From assembly GCA_012842425.1 (NCBI GenBank), contig DUSU01000047.1:1632-65631 (forward strand): a stretch of 64,000 nt of DNA, read 5' to 3'. Positions 18,211-29,170 of this stretch are shown in pieces. The DNA is from Candidatus Fermentithermobacillaceae bacterium. Its GTDB lineage: Bacteria > Bacillota > Sulfobacillia > Fermentithermobacillales > Fermentithermobacillaceae. Position 1 is the first letter of the stretch; each line of letters begins with the position of its first letter. A program made the position numbers and the translations under genes. The notes beneath the pieces were generated by a model. It ran no database searches and was not told the DNA's origin. It was given only the letters and a program-made list of their open reading frames with translations.

Positions 18211-18870
18211 ATGAAGCTGTTTTTGGACACCGCGAACATCAAGGAGATCAAAGAAGCTGCCAGCTGGGGAGTGATCTCGGGAGTCACCACCAATCCCAGC
18301 CTCATCGCCAAGGAAAAGCGCGACTTTAGGACCGTCGTAAAGGAGATCACCGAGATAGTGCCCGGGCCCATCTCGGCCGAAGTGTTATCGGAGAAGGCCG
18401 ACGATATGATCCCCGAGGCCAGGGAGCTGGCGCAGATAGCTCCCAACGTCGTCGTCAAGATCCCCATGACCGGCGAAGGGCTGAAGGCAGTCAAGGTTCT
18501 TTCTAAGGAGGGCGTGAAGACTAACGTCACCCTCGTCTTCTCGGCATCCCAGGGGCTTCTGGCCTGCCTTGCCGGGGCAACCTACATAAGCCCGTTCTTG
18601 GGGCGACTAGATGACGTGAGCAACGAGGGCATGGAAGTAGTCACAGATCTGGTCATGATCATAGAGAACTACGGTTTTGAGACAAAGGTGATAGCGGCCT
18701 CAATAAGGCACCCGATGCACGTGGTGCAGGCTGCCAGGGCTTCCGCCCACATCGCCACCGTGCCGTTTAAGGTGCTTGAGCAGATGGTCCGTCACCCGCT
18801 CACAGATATAGGTATCAAGAGGTTCCAGGACGACTGGGCGAAAGTGCAGAAGGAGATGGAGGCCCGCTGA
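18211..18870 (+). CDS. tal: Short-form transaldolase / fructose-6-phosphate aldolase family
   Basis: [16 protein letters not shown]...[11 protein letters not shown]...KIPMT...[11 protein letters not shown] are the hallmarks of the ~215-aa Tal/FSA family (B. subtilis YwjH-like). Confidence 0.85.
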   Translation: MKLFLDTANIKEIKEAASWGVISGVTTNPSLIAKEKRDFRTVVKEITEIVPGPISAEVLSEKADDMIPEARELAQIAPNVVVKIPMTGEGLKAVKVLSKEGVKTNVTLVFSASQGLLACLAGATYISPFLGRLDDVSNEGMEVVTDLVMIIENYGFETKVIAASIRHPMHVVQAARASAHIATVPFKVLEQMVRHPLTDIGIKRFQDDWAKVQKEMEAR

Positions 18871-19057
18871 ATCTTGACTGGCCTGGCTGCGTATGATAGT
18901 TTTGAGTAGGAAAGCGAGATTCCGCCTACCAATGTGTCCCCAGGAGTTCATGCGTACCCGGTAAACGTGCCTTTCGGCTTGCCGATTTCGATATATCCTT
19001 CCAAACGCTCGGGCTGCGGATTCCAGGTTTGCCGACGCCCATAGGAGATGTGACGCT

Positions 19058-21475
19058 ATGCAAAAGGAAGAAACCAAGGAGACAAAAAACCCGGATGTCC
19101 CTCCGGGGACGTCCAGGTCTAGGAGGCGCGTGAAAACCCAGAGCCCAGAGGACGGTTCGGGCGGCGAGATGAACGAGAAAGCCGCCGCAGAAATCCCCGA
19201 AGAGACGCCTCCAGCGAAACGCCCCCGCAGAGCCACAAGAAATTCCAGCGCAGAAGAAGTAACGCCTCAAACAGCAGAGGTTCCCGAGGCTTTGGAGTCC
19301 GCCAAAGAGGAGCAGCCTGAGACCACTAAACGGGCGACGAGGGGACGCGGAACGAGGCGGAAAGCAACTCTGCCCGACGAACAGGAAGGGACCAAGACCG
19401 CCGAGCCTTCCCCAGTTATCGAACCTCAGGAGACGGAGCCGGAAAAGCCTGCAAAGACCGCAGCGACCCGCCGGACTAGGAAGAAGTCCGCCGAGACCGT
19501 GTCGCCTGCCCAAACTGAGGAGACCGCCCAGCCCCAGCCTCCCACGCAGGACGTGGTGGAAGCAGGCGAAAAAAACGTCCTTTCGCAGCATTCCGTTGAA
19601 GAGGCCGTAACTCAGCCGGCCATTTCTGAACCCGGGGCGTCAGGACCGTTGAGGCAGGAGCCCATCTCTGAAGCACCTCCGGCTCCCCAGGTTGTGGAGC
19701 AAGAAGCTTTGCCCGGGCCCGATGTGTCCAAGGCTGCCCTCGAAGAGGGAGTCCCCGTGGAAGCTGCTCCGAGAGAAGCCATACCGGAAGAGAAGCCCGC
19801 TCTTGAGCCGTCCCGCAGGCCGTCCCCCGACCGGTTCGGCCGCACCATCAGCGACAGGCCTTTTCCTGAGAGGTATCCGTATCAGAGCGGCGCTCCTGAG
19901 AAGGCCCCGGCCGTGTCCGAACGCCCGCCTCAAGCAAGGCCTGAAGCCGAGAGACAAGTTTCAAGGCCTACTTCCCGGGCTTACCAAGAGAGGCCTCAGA
20001 TGGACCGGGTAGAGCGTCAGTACCCGCAGTTTCAGCGGGTGACGCCCGACACACCGAGGTTCAGGTCGCCCGAGCAGCCGGATATCCGGCCCAGCGCGGA
20101 AGGGCGACAGGTTGACGAGCGGGATTACCGACAGGCCCCGGCGAAGCAGGAACCCCCTGCTGACGTGCTCTACGTGCGCCCGGCCAAGGCGTCGCGTACG
20201 AGGCCTGACTCGGGGCCGACCATGAAAGAACTCGCCAACATGACGCTGGTCGACCTCCAGCGACTGGCCCGAGAGCTGGGCATCGCAGGGTATTCCAGCC
20301 TTCGCAAGAAGGAGCTTGTTTTCGAGATCCTCAAAGCCCGTACCCAGGCGGGAGGACTAATTTTCGCCGAAGGTCTTCTCGAGATCCTGAACGAGGGGTA
20401 CGGCTTCCTGAGGCCCGCGTTCTACTTCCCGAGCAAGGATGACATATATATCTCACCGTCCCAAATCCGCAAGTTCGACTTGAGGACAGGGGACCTCGTG
20501 TCGGGGCAGGTACGTCCGCCCCACGATACCGAGAGGTATTACGGCCTCCTCCGCATAGAGGCCATCAACGGCGAGGACCCTGAGACTGCCCGCGATAGAC
20601 CGAACTTCGAAGGGCTCACGCCGATCTTCCCAAACGAGCGGTTCAAGCTCGAGACGACGAGGCACAACACTTCGGGACGGCTCCTCGACCTGGTGGCGCC
20701 CGTTGGCAAGGGACAGAGGGGACTCATCGTCTCGCCGCCTAAGGCAGGCAAGACCGTCCTTCTCAAGAACATCGCAAATGCGATAACGACGAACCACCCG
20801 GAGACTTATCTCATGGTCCTCCTTATCGATGAGCGACCGGAAGAAGTTACCGATATGCAGCGCTCGGTCCACGGGGAAGTGATCGCGTCGACGTTCGACG
20901 AGCCCCCGGAGAACCACGCTAGAGTCGCGGAGATGGCCCTCGAGCGCGCAAAGCGTCTCGTCGAGACGGGGAAGGACGTGGTAGTGCTCCTAGACAGCAT
21001 CACCAGGATGACCCGGGCCTACAACCTGATCGAGCCCAGCTCAGGTAGGACCCTCTCCGGAGGTATGGACCCGGCGGCGTTCAACAAACCAAAGAAGTTC
21101 TTCGGCGCTGCCCGCAACATCGAAGAAGGCGGGAGCCTGACAATACTGGGCACCTGCCTCATCGACACCGGCTCCAGGATGGACGACGTGATCTACGAGG
21201 AGTTCAAGGGTACCGGCAACATGGAGGTCCACCTTGACCGCAAACTCTCCGAGCGCAGGATTTTCCCGGCGATCGACATCAAGAGGTCGGGTACGCGCAA
21301 GGAAGAGCTCCTGCAGACTAAGGAAGAGATCGACGCCATGTGGCTGTTCAGGAAGATGACAAACGACCTAGAGCCCGACAAAGTGCTGGAGGCGCTCATA
21401 GATCTCCTGACCAAGACGAGCACGAACCAAGAGGCGCTGCCCATTCTCAGAAAGAGACTGGCGTTGATGAGGTAG
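19058..21475 (+). CDS. rho: Transcription termination factor Rho with a ~380-aa low-complexity N-terminal extension
   Basis: The C-terminal 420 aa contain the Rho N-terminal domain ([34 protein letters not shown]), the CSD-like RNA-binding domain ([31 protein letters not shown]), Walker [13 protein letters not shown], and Q/R loops. The preceding ~380 aa are a Pro/Glu/Ala/Arg/Gln-rich disordered region. Confidence 0.9.
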   Translation: MQKEETKETKNPDVPPGTSRSRRRVKTQSPEDGSGGEMNEKAAAEIPEETPPAKRPRRATRNSSAEEVTPQTAEVPEALESAKEEQPETTKRATRGRGTRRKATLPDEQEGTKTAEPSPVIEPQETEPEKPAKTAATRRTRKKSAETVSPAQTEETAQPQPPTQDVVEAGEKNVLSQHSVEEAVTQPAISEPGASGPLRQEPISEAPPAPQVVEQEALPGPDVSKAALEEGVPVEAAPREAIPEEKPALEPSRRPSPDRFGRTISDRPFPERYPYQSGAPEKAPAVSERPPQARPEAERQVSRPTSRAYQERPQMDRVERQYPQFQRVTPDTPRFRSPEQPDIRPSAEGRQVDERDYRQAPAKQEPPADVLYVRPAKASRTRPDSGPTMKELANMTLVDLQRLARELGIAGYSSLRKKELVFEILKARTQAGGLIFAEGLLEILNEGYGFLRPAFYFPSKDDIYISPSQIRKFDLRTGDLVSGQVRPPHDTERYYGLLRIEAINGEDPETARDRPNFEGLTPIFPNERFKLETTRHNTSGRLLDLVAPVGKGQRGLIVSPPKAGKTVLLKNIANAITTNHPETYLMVLLIDERPEEVTDMQRSVHGEVIASTFDEPPENHARVAEMALERAKRLVETGKDVVVLLDSITRMTRAYNLIEPSSGRTLSGGMDPAAFNKPKKFFGAARNIEEGGSLTILGTCLIDTGSRMDDVIYEEFKGTGNMEVHLDRKLSERRIFPAIDIKRSGTRKEELLQTKEEIDAMWLFRKMTNDLEPDKVLEALIDLLTKTSTNQEALPILRKRLALMR

Positions 21476-21572
21476 TACGAAGCGTGCTATACTCTTTCTG
21501 TTTGCTCTATGTGAACAGTTTGGGTATTTGTCATGCCCTCTTGAGTGGCCATATATTTCTGAGGTGATTCGC

Positions 21573-21812
21573 ATGAAGACCGGGATCCATCCGAATTATG
21601 AGAAGACGACGATTAACTGCGCCTGCGGCGCCACATATGAAGTCGGCTCCACGAAGAAGAACGTCAGGGTAGATATCTGCGCCAAGTGCCACCCGTTCTT
21701 CACCGGCGTGCAGAAGATCATTGACACGGGCGGGCGCGTCGAGAGGTTCCGCCAGAAGTACGGGTACATCGAGGGCGAGAAGAAAGAGGAAGCTTCCAAG
21801 GAAGCCCGCTAG
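21573..21812 (+). CDS. rpmE: 50S ribosomal protein L31
   Basis: [27 protein letters not shown]...[10 protein letters not shown] is the zinc-ribbon L31 type A. It directly follows rho, as in Bacillus. Confidence 0.9.
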   Translation: MKTGIHPNYEKTTINCACGATYEVGSTKKNVRVDICAKCHPFFTGVQKIIDTGGRVERFRQKYGYIEGEKKEEASKEAR

Positions 21813-21955
21813 ATAAGCACTATATAGGGCAGGGACCTTCATGGGTTTCTGCCTTTTCATTTTCCTATAGAATAGTGTGTGGTATTAGGTGAGTGTCTGA
21901 CCGGACGATACCTGATGATGTCTGCGGCCATAGAGTGAATTTGGAGGTAGACGCT

Positions 21956-22887
21956 GTGTCTTCTACGCCTTCCTACGGAGGCCAGGCGGTAATAGAAGGG
22001 GTTATGATGAGGGGCCCGCGGTTCGCATCCATGTCCGTGAGGGACCCTAACGGCGACATTGTCTCTTACGTCAAGAAGGCCGATAGCCTTTCTCAGAAAA
22101 GCGCCCTCCTAAGGCTGCCTATTGTGAGGGGGGCTCTATCTTTCTGGGATTCTATTTCCTTGGGCGTCGAGATGCTCATGCGGTCCGCGGACATCTCTTT
22201 TCCCGAAGAGGAGAAAGCATCGAAGAGCGCCGTCGACTTGAGCGTCGTGATTGCCGCGGTCTTGGCGGTCGCTCTGTTTATCGTCTTTCCGGCAGTGGTC
22301 GCGCCTTATGTGGTTGCCGCGCTCAATGCCACCGGAACCTTCTGGGCGAGCCTGGTGGAAGCCCTGGTCCGCGTTATGGTCCTTGTGGCCTATATCGCCT
22401 CGATCTCGAGGATGAAAGAGATCCAGCGGGTGCTTGAGTACCACGGCGCCGAACACAAGGTAATATGGGCTTGGGAAAAGAATTACCGGGAAATAAACGA
22501 TAGGATCTACCTGGACAAATGGGGCGTCCCCGAGATCAGCGGGTTTCTGGCGTCCAAAGCCCGCAACGAGTCCAAACTCCACCCGCGCTGCGGTACCAGT
22601 TTCCTATTCATAGTGGTCTTGGTTTCATGGGTAGTGTTCTTGTTTGTGACCCCACAGGGAGTAGCGAGCAAAGTGGCGGCAAGGCTTGCGCTATTGCCTC
22701 TTACTGCCGGACTGTCATACGAGTTCCTAAAGGCTTCCGCCGCAAGAGAGGGCGGTTTTTGGCGTCTCTTGAAGGCGCCTGGGATGGGCCTTCAGGCCAT
22801 GACCACCAGGGAACCTGAACCGGCGCAGCTTGAGGTCGCAGCCGATAGTCTGGCCCGGTTGGTTGAAGCCGAAAGAGGTGGTTTCAG

Positions 22888-22891
<4 letters not shown>
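21956..22891 (+). CDS. DUF1385-family membrane protein
   Basis: [15 protein letters not shown]...HGAEHKVI is the DUF1385 signature, with several TM helices. It sits upstream of prfA as in many Firmicutes. The start was chosen at GTG 21956 behind RBS GGAGGT. Confidence 0.65.
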
Positions 22892-23987
<1,096 letters not shown>

Positions 23988-23991
<4 letters not shown>

Positions 23992-24914
23992 ACGTAGGCG
24001 AGGCGCTCTCTTTCGGAAGGCGTCTTCTGGCAGGTAAATCCGACACCCCCGCTCGGGATGCGGGACTTCTCCTTTCTTTCGTCCTGAGCGAGCCATCTGA
24101 GTTTGTCTACCTGCATCCTGAAGCTCCCGTAAGCGAGGGCCTTTTCGCCCAATACTCGGGTCTTCTGGACAGGCGAGCCTCCGGCGAGCCGGTTGCCTAC
24201 ATCAGAGGGTTTCACGAGTTCATGGGGCATACTTTCCTGGTCGACCCGAGAGTACTGATCCCCCGTCCGGAAACCGAGCACGTTGTCGAAGCCGCCGCCC
24301 AACTATTGACGAAGACGTCTTCACCAATTGTCGCCGACATCTGCTGCGGCTCGGGGGCCATCGGTCTTTCCATTGCCAAAGCACTTCCTCTCTCAAGAGT
24401 GGTGCTCAGCGATGTTTCACGTGAAGCGGTCGATCTAGCACGGGAAAACGCGAAAAGACTCGGTCTGTCTCACCGCGTGAGTTTCCTTGTCGGGGACCTA
24501 GTGGCCCCCCTTCTAGCGGCGGGACTTAGGGGGAGGCTCGATTTGGTGACCGCCAATCCGCCTTACATCCCCACCGAAGAGATTGATACTCTTTCTCCCA
24601 CCGTGCGGGACTTTGAACCGAGGCTGGCCCTTGATGGAGGAGAGTCCGGACTAGAGATGATACGGAGGATATCAAAGGAAGTGCCGGCGGTCCTTAAGCC
24701 GGGCGGCTACCTGGTGATGGAGATAGGCGCGGATCAGGGGGAAGCCTGTAGGGATATTATGATGGAGGACAGGGAGTACTGGGCCGGTACGGAGGTCCGG
24801 AGGGACTATGCCGGCAGGCAACGTGTCGTTGTTGCGAGAACTCACGGAACCGGTTGTCCAAAGAGGGTTGTCGGGAGGTCCGGCGTCCATGGAGACGAAG
24901 ATTGTCAAGGTTGA
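23988..24914 (+). CDS. prmC: Release factor glutamine N5-methyltransferase PrmC/HemK
   Basis: NPPY motif ([12 protein letters not shown]) and the SAM-binding [11 protein letters not shown] block. Overlaps the prfA stop. The 3' end overlaps the next gene by about 25 nt. Confidence 0.85.
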
Positions 24915-26472
24915 CCCTTTCGGCAGAGACGAGTCGGCGCTGATTCCCTGCGCGGAAGTGCTGCGCCGTGGGGGTCTCGTGGCTTTTCCCACCGAGACGG
25001 TGTACGGTCTGGGCGCAAACGCGCTCATGCCCGAGGCGGTTGGCCGTATATTTGAGGCCAAGGGCCGCCCCCAGGATAACCCGCTTATTGTGCACGTTTC
25101 CAAGCCGGAAGCCGTCGCTCCGCTGGTGAGGGAGATAAGCGAAGCGGCCATACGGCTTATGGAAGTTTTCTGGCCCGGACCGCTTACTCTGCTCTTTGCT
25201 AAGTCAGACCTGGTGCCGCCCATTGTCACGGCAGGGCTTCCGACTGTGGCAATAAGGATGCCCGACCACCCGGTGGCCCAGCGGCTAATTGACCTCGCGG
25301 GAGTTCCGGTGGCGGCCCCGTCGGCCAACTTGTCGGGCAGACCCAGCCCTACTACCTTCGAAGATACGCTGGCCGACCTTCAGGGAAGGGTGGACGTGAT
25401 CGTTGACGGCGGGCCTTCGGGTATCGGCGTAGAGTCGACGGTCCTGGATATCTCCGGCCCGGTCCCCAAGGTCTTGCGCCCGGGCGGTCTTTCCCTCGAA
25501 GACCTCCGGAGCGTTCTGGGAGAGGTGGAAGTGGCCTCAGGCGTGCCTACTCAGGGGCCGCCGCCGTCGCCCGGCATGAAATACAGGCATTACGCACCGA
25601 AAGCCCCCGTATACCTGGTGGTTGGGAGTCCCGGCGAACAGGCCGCGGTCGCGAGGTTCCATGCGGTACGGTATCTCCTGGCGGGGAAGCGGGTGCTCAT
25701 TCTTGCATCCAGCGAGAACTTGCATGCGTATGCAGACCTGGCTGATAGGTGGCCGGATAGTCTTGCGGTCCTTGAACTCGGACCCAGGGAAGACCTGGCG
25801 AGAGTGGCTTCCAGGCTGTTTTCAGGGCTGAGGCACGGAGATGAAATAGGCGCGGATGTGATCTTTGCCGAGTCTTTTCCCGACAAAGGTCTCGGGCTAG
25901 CCATTCAGAACAGGCTCGCGAGGGCGAGCGGCGGACGGACGCTCAAACTGCCCGGGAGACCGGAGATGAAGATTCTCCTGGTCTGTTCGGGCAATACGTG
26001 CCGCAGCCCCATGGCGGAAGCATTGTTGCGCCACATATGGCAGACCGAGTGCCCGGATATAGGCCTGCGCGTCATGTCGAGGGGCACGGCTGCAGCCGAC
26101 GATATGCCCGCTACTCAGGAAGCAATGCGGGCGGTGGCCAACCTCGGGCTGGACCTCTCGGGGCATAAATCCAGGATGGTCTCAGAGGCTGACCTTTCGT
26201 GGGCGGACCTCGTGATCACGATGACAAAGGCCCACAAGAGCACCCTCATCGAACGCTATCCTTCATACGCGGGTAAGGTAGTGACGCTGTCCGAGGCATC
26301 GGGCGGGGCCGTGGCAGGCGACGTGAGTGACCCCTTTGGCCTTGGCCAACAGGCATATTTCAGGGCCAGAGATGAATTGGAGGTTGGCCTCAGGGCCGTT
26401 TGTGAGAGAATAGAACGGGTTATGTCAAATTTAGATGGAGGTAAGCATAATGAGGATCGCTCTGGGAAGTGA
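24889..26472 (+). CDS. tsaC: Fusion protein: L-threonylcarbamoyladenylate synthase (Sua5/TsaC, YrdC + Sua5 domains) fused to a low-molecular-weight protein phosphatase (YwlE-like LMW-PTP/arginine phosphatase fold)
   Basis: N-terminal YrdC block LVAFPTETVYGLGANA...KGRPQDNPLIVH and the Sua5 C-domain. With no intervening stop, it continues into MKILLVCSGNTCRSPMAEALL (the CX5R P-loop of LMW phosphatases) ... DPFG (Asp loop). In B. subtilis these are separate adjacent genes, ywlC and ywlE. Confidence 0.8.
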   Translation: METKIVKVDPFGRDESALIPCAEVLRRGGLVAFPTETVYGLGANALMPEAVGRIFEAKGRPQDNPLIVHVSKPEAVAPLVREISEAAIRLMEVFWPGPLTLLFAKSDLVPPIVTAGLPTVAIRMPDHPVAQRLIDLAGVPVAAPSANLSGRPSPTTFEDTLADLQGRVDVIVDGGPSGIGVESTVLDISGPVPKVLRPGGLSLEDLRSVLGEVEVASGVPTQGPPPSPGMKYRHYAPKAPVYLVVGSPGEQAAVARFHAVRYLLAGKRVLILASSENLHAYADLADRWPDSLAVLELGPREDLARVASRLFSGLRHGDEIGADVIFAESFPDKGLGLAIQNRLARASGGRTLKLPGRPEMKILLVCSGNTCRSPMAEALLRHIWQTECPDIGLRVMSRGTAAADDMPATQEAMRAVANLGLDLSGHKSRMVSEADLSWADLVITMTKAHKSTLIERYPSYAGKVVTLSEASGGAVAGDVSDPFGLGQQAYFRARDELEVGLRAVCERIERVMSNLDGGKHNEDRSGK

Positions 26473-26905
26473 TCACGCCGGTTTCCGCCTCAAAGAGGAA
26501 GTGGCCGGGATGCTCAGGGAAATGGGACACGAGCCGCTTGACCTGGGTACGTACTCAGACGAATCCGTTGACTACCCGGATTTCGCCGTGAAGGTGGCCG
26601 GATCCATACTCGCAGGAGATGCCGAACTCGGCATACTCGTTTGTGGGACAGGCCTGGGTATGGCCATGTCGGCCAACAAGGTGCCCGGGATAAGGGCCGC
26701 GGCAGTATCCGACACCTTTTCGGCACGCGCGGCCCGCGAGCACAACGACGCCAATGTGCTCTGCATCGGGGCCCGCGTCGTAGGAAGTGGCCTCGCCCGC
26801 GACCTGGTGAGCGCTTTCTTGGGCGCTTCCTTCCAGGGGGGGCGCCACGCCAGGCGGGTTGAGAAGATGTCAGATATCGAGAAGAAGTATGGGGGTGCAC
26901 GCTAA
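26450..26905 (+). CDS. rpiB: Ribose-5-phosphate isomerase B
   Basis: MRIALGSDHAGF...LVCGTGLGMAMSANKVPGIRAA is the RpiB/LacAB family signature. RBS GATGGAGG upstream. Confidence 0.85.
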   Translation: MRIALGSDHAGFRLKEEVAGMLREMGHEPLDLGTYSDESVDYPDFAVKVAGSILAGDAELGILVCGTGLGMAMSANKVPGIRAAAVSDTFSARAAREHNDANVLCIGARVVGSGLARDLVSAFLGASFQGGRHARRVEKMSDIEKKYGGAR

Positions 26906-27526
26906 ATGGACGCCGCGCATGAAGAGAGCAGGACGGAGCTCGACCTTAACCAGGTGAAGCAAGAAGCATATCTTGCGACCAAGGGTCTTCTGGAGGCTGC
27001 CAAACTGCGGCCCGGCCAGATCGTGGTTCTCGGCTGTTCGACCAGCGAGATCCAGGGCAAGAGGATCGGCTCAACGGGCAGCACAGATGTTGCAGCGGCG
27101 GTCCTTGACGGGGTCCAGGAGGGACTTCAGGGCACAGGGGTCTACCTGGCCGTCCAGTGCTGCGAGCATCTCAACAGGTGCCTTGTTGTCGAGCGTGAAG
27201 TCCAGGAGAAGTATAGCCTCACCGAAGTAACTGTCTTGCCGGTCCCCCATGCAGGGGGCGCCACCGCTGCCACGGCTCTGAGGAGGTTCGACGACCCCGT
27301 CGTGGTTGAGACGATCCAGGCCCACGCGGGAATTGACATCGGAGACACGCTAATCGGTATGCACCTTAGGCCCGTCGCGGTTCCCGTGAGGATAGCTCAG
27401 AAAACCGTCGGAAGCGCCCACCTCACGGTTGCCAGGACCCGCCCCAAGCTGGTAGGTGGCGCCAGGGCCGTGTACGCCTGGGACGAAATAGAAGAGAAAT
27501 TCGGAAAGAGCGCGAAAAAGAGCTGA
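26906..27526 (+). CDS. TIGR01440/DUF436 family protein (YwlG homologue)
   Basis: Conserved VVLGCSTSEI...CCEHLNR blocks of the YwlG family. Its position after rpiB matches the B. subtilis ywlF-ywlG order. Confidence 0.7.
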   Translation: MDAAHEESRTELDLNQVKQEAYLATKGLLEAAKLRPGQIVVLGCSTSEIQGKRIGSTGSTDVAAAVLDGVQEGLQGTGVYLAVQCCEHLNRCLVVEREVQEKYSLTEVTVLPVPHAGGATAATALRRFDDPVVVETIQAHAGIDIGDTLIGMHLRPVAVPVRIAQKTVGSAHLTVARTRPKLVGGARAVYAWDEIEEKFGKSAKKS

Positions 27527-27556
27527 AACCTTTAGAGACCCGGAGGAGTCAAAGTA

Positions 27557-28009
27557 ATGGCGGAGCAGAAAAGACCGTCCTGGGACGAGTATTTTATGGA
27601 GCTGGCCGAAGTCGTTGCCAAGCGTTCCACTTGTCTCAGAAGGAATATCGGGGCAGTGGTTGTAAAGGACAAGAGAGTGCTGGCTACGGGTTACAACGGG
27701 GCTCCTACGGGCTTAGCCCACTGCAGCGAAGTTGGGTGTTTGAGGGAACGGCTCGGCATTCCCTCCGGAGAACGGGTGGAGATGTGCAGGGGGCTTCATG
27801 CCGAGCAAAACGCCCTGGTGCAGGCAGCAAGATACGGCATCTCCCTTGAGGGGGCCGTCATCTACTGCACCAACCAGCCGTGCGTGACCTGTGCCAAGAT
27901 GCTCATAAACGCTGGGATCGTCAAGGTGATATACAAATATCCGTATCCCGACAAGCTGGCCCAAGACTTACTGGCCGAATCCAAAGTCAGCGTGGAGAGG
28001 CTAGATTGA
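27557..28009 (+). CDS. comEB: dCMP deaminase (ComEB-type cytidine/deoxycytidylate deaminase)
   Basis: Zinc-binding HAEQNA and PCVTCAK motifs (H-A-E ... P-C-x-x-C) with the dCMP-deaminase-type N-terminus WDEYFMELA. Confidence 0.8.
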   Translation: MAEQKRPSWDEYFMELAEVVAKRSTCLRRNIGAVVVKDKRVLATGYNGAPTGLAHCSEVGCLRERLGIPSGERVEMCRGLHAEQNALVQAARYGISLEGAVIYCTNQPCVTCAKMLINAGIVKVIYKYPYPDKLAQDLLAESKVSVERLD

Positions 28010-28081
28010 CTGGTGGGACAGGCTTCTGTACAATGACGCAGGTAGAAGGGCCTATCAGCGGGAACGGGAGGAGGGGCGTTT

Positions 28082-29140
28082 GTGAGGTTCGAGAAAGAAA
28101 CCGTCGCTTTCTGTCTCGCATTTGTCATTTCTTTCGGACTCACCCCCCTCATACGGATGATTGCCAAGAAAACCGGGGCCATGTGTTACCCCAACTCGCG
28201 AAGCGTCCACCGGACTCCAATCCCATACCTGGGCGGCATCGCCATGTACCTGGGCTCGGTTATCACCATGTCCGTTCTAAAGACCGGAGAGAACATCGCG
28301 TTTCCCGCCATAGCTCTGGGCGGGCTCGTGATCCTCATAGTCGGTGTCATCGATGACCTATGGCCGCTTAAGCCCTGGCAGAAACTCATAGGTCAGTTCA
28401 TCTCGGCAGTAGTAGTGGTAAGGCTAGGAGTCAGCATCTCCTTCCTGACGAACCCCTTCTCAGGAGAGATACTCCTCTTGGGGTCCATCGCGTTGCCCCT
28501 CACTCTCCTGTGGGTCGTGTCTTTCGAAAACCTCATAAACTGGTCGGATGGATTGGACGGCCTTGCTGCCGGGATCGTGGGCATCACCTCAGCCACCATG
28601 ATCTTCGCCATGAATGAGGCAGGGGCAGTGCATGTAGCTCCGGAAGCGGCTGCCCTCGCAGGCGCGGCTTTTGGATTCCTGCCTTTTAACTTCCATCCCG
28701 CTTCGATTTTCATGGGCGACGCGGGCGCCATGTATCTCGGACTTGCCCTGTCGGTCCTGTCGGTTCAGGGACTTGTGAAATCGGCCGTAGCGATGTCCAT
28801 ACTGGTCCCCATCCTCACCCTGATGGTCCCCATATCGGACATGGCTTTCTCGATCCTGAGGAGGAAGCTGTCCGGTAAGGCGGCATCTCAAGCCGACAAG
28901 GACCACATACACCACAGACTGCTTGAGCTTGGGATGAGCCAGAGACAAGCCGTTCTCGCCATCTACCTCGTGAGCTTGGGCTTCGGCGCTCTGGGCCTCG
29001 TCTCAGGTTTCGTACCGCTCAGTACGGGGGGCCCTCTGGCCGGTCTCGCTGTCTTGGGCATGTTTGTCGTTGCCTATAGGGCCGGGCTCCTGAGCCTCGG
29101 CCACAAAAAGACGGGACAGGACCGCAGCCGGCGGGGATAA
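28082..29140 (+). CDS. tagO: UDP-GlcNAc:undecaprenyl-phosphate GlcNAc-1-phosphate transferase (TagO/WecA, MraY-like glycosyltransferase family 4)
   Basis: About 10 TM helices. DDxxD-like (VIDDLWPLK), NLINWSDGLDGLA, and a FMGDAG block of the MraY/WecA family. Confidence 0.8.
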   Translation: MRFEKETVAFCLAFVISFGLTPLIRMIAKKTGAMCYPNSRSVHRTPIPYLGGIAMYLGSVITMSVLKTGENIAFPAIALGGLVILIVGVIDDLWPLKPWQKLIGQFISAVVVVRLGVSISFLTNPFSGEILLLGSIALPLTLLWVVSFENLINWSDGLDGLAAGIVGITSATMIFAMNEAGAVHVAPEAAALAGAAFGFLPFNFHPASIFMGDAGAMYLGLALSVLSVQGLVKSAVAMSILVPILTLMVPISDMAFSILRRKLSGKAASQADKDHIHHRLLELGMSQRQAVLAIYLVSLGFGALGLVSGFVPLSTGGPLAGLAVLGMFVVAYRAGLLSLGHKKTGQDRSRRG

Positions 29141-29170
29141 TAACTTGGCGCGGCGGAAAGGTTGAGGTCT

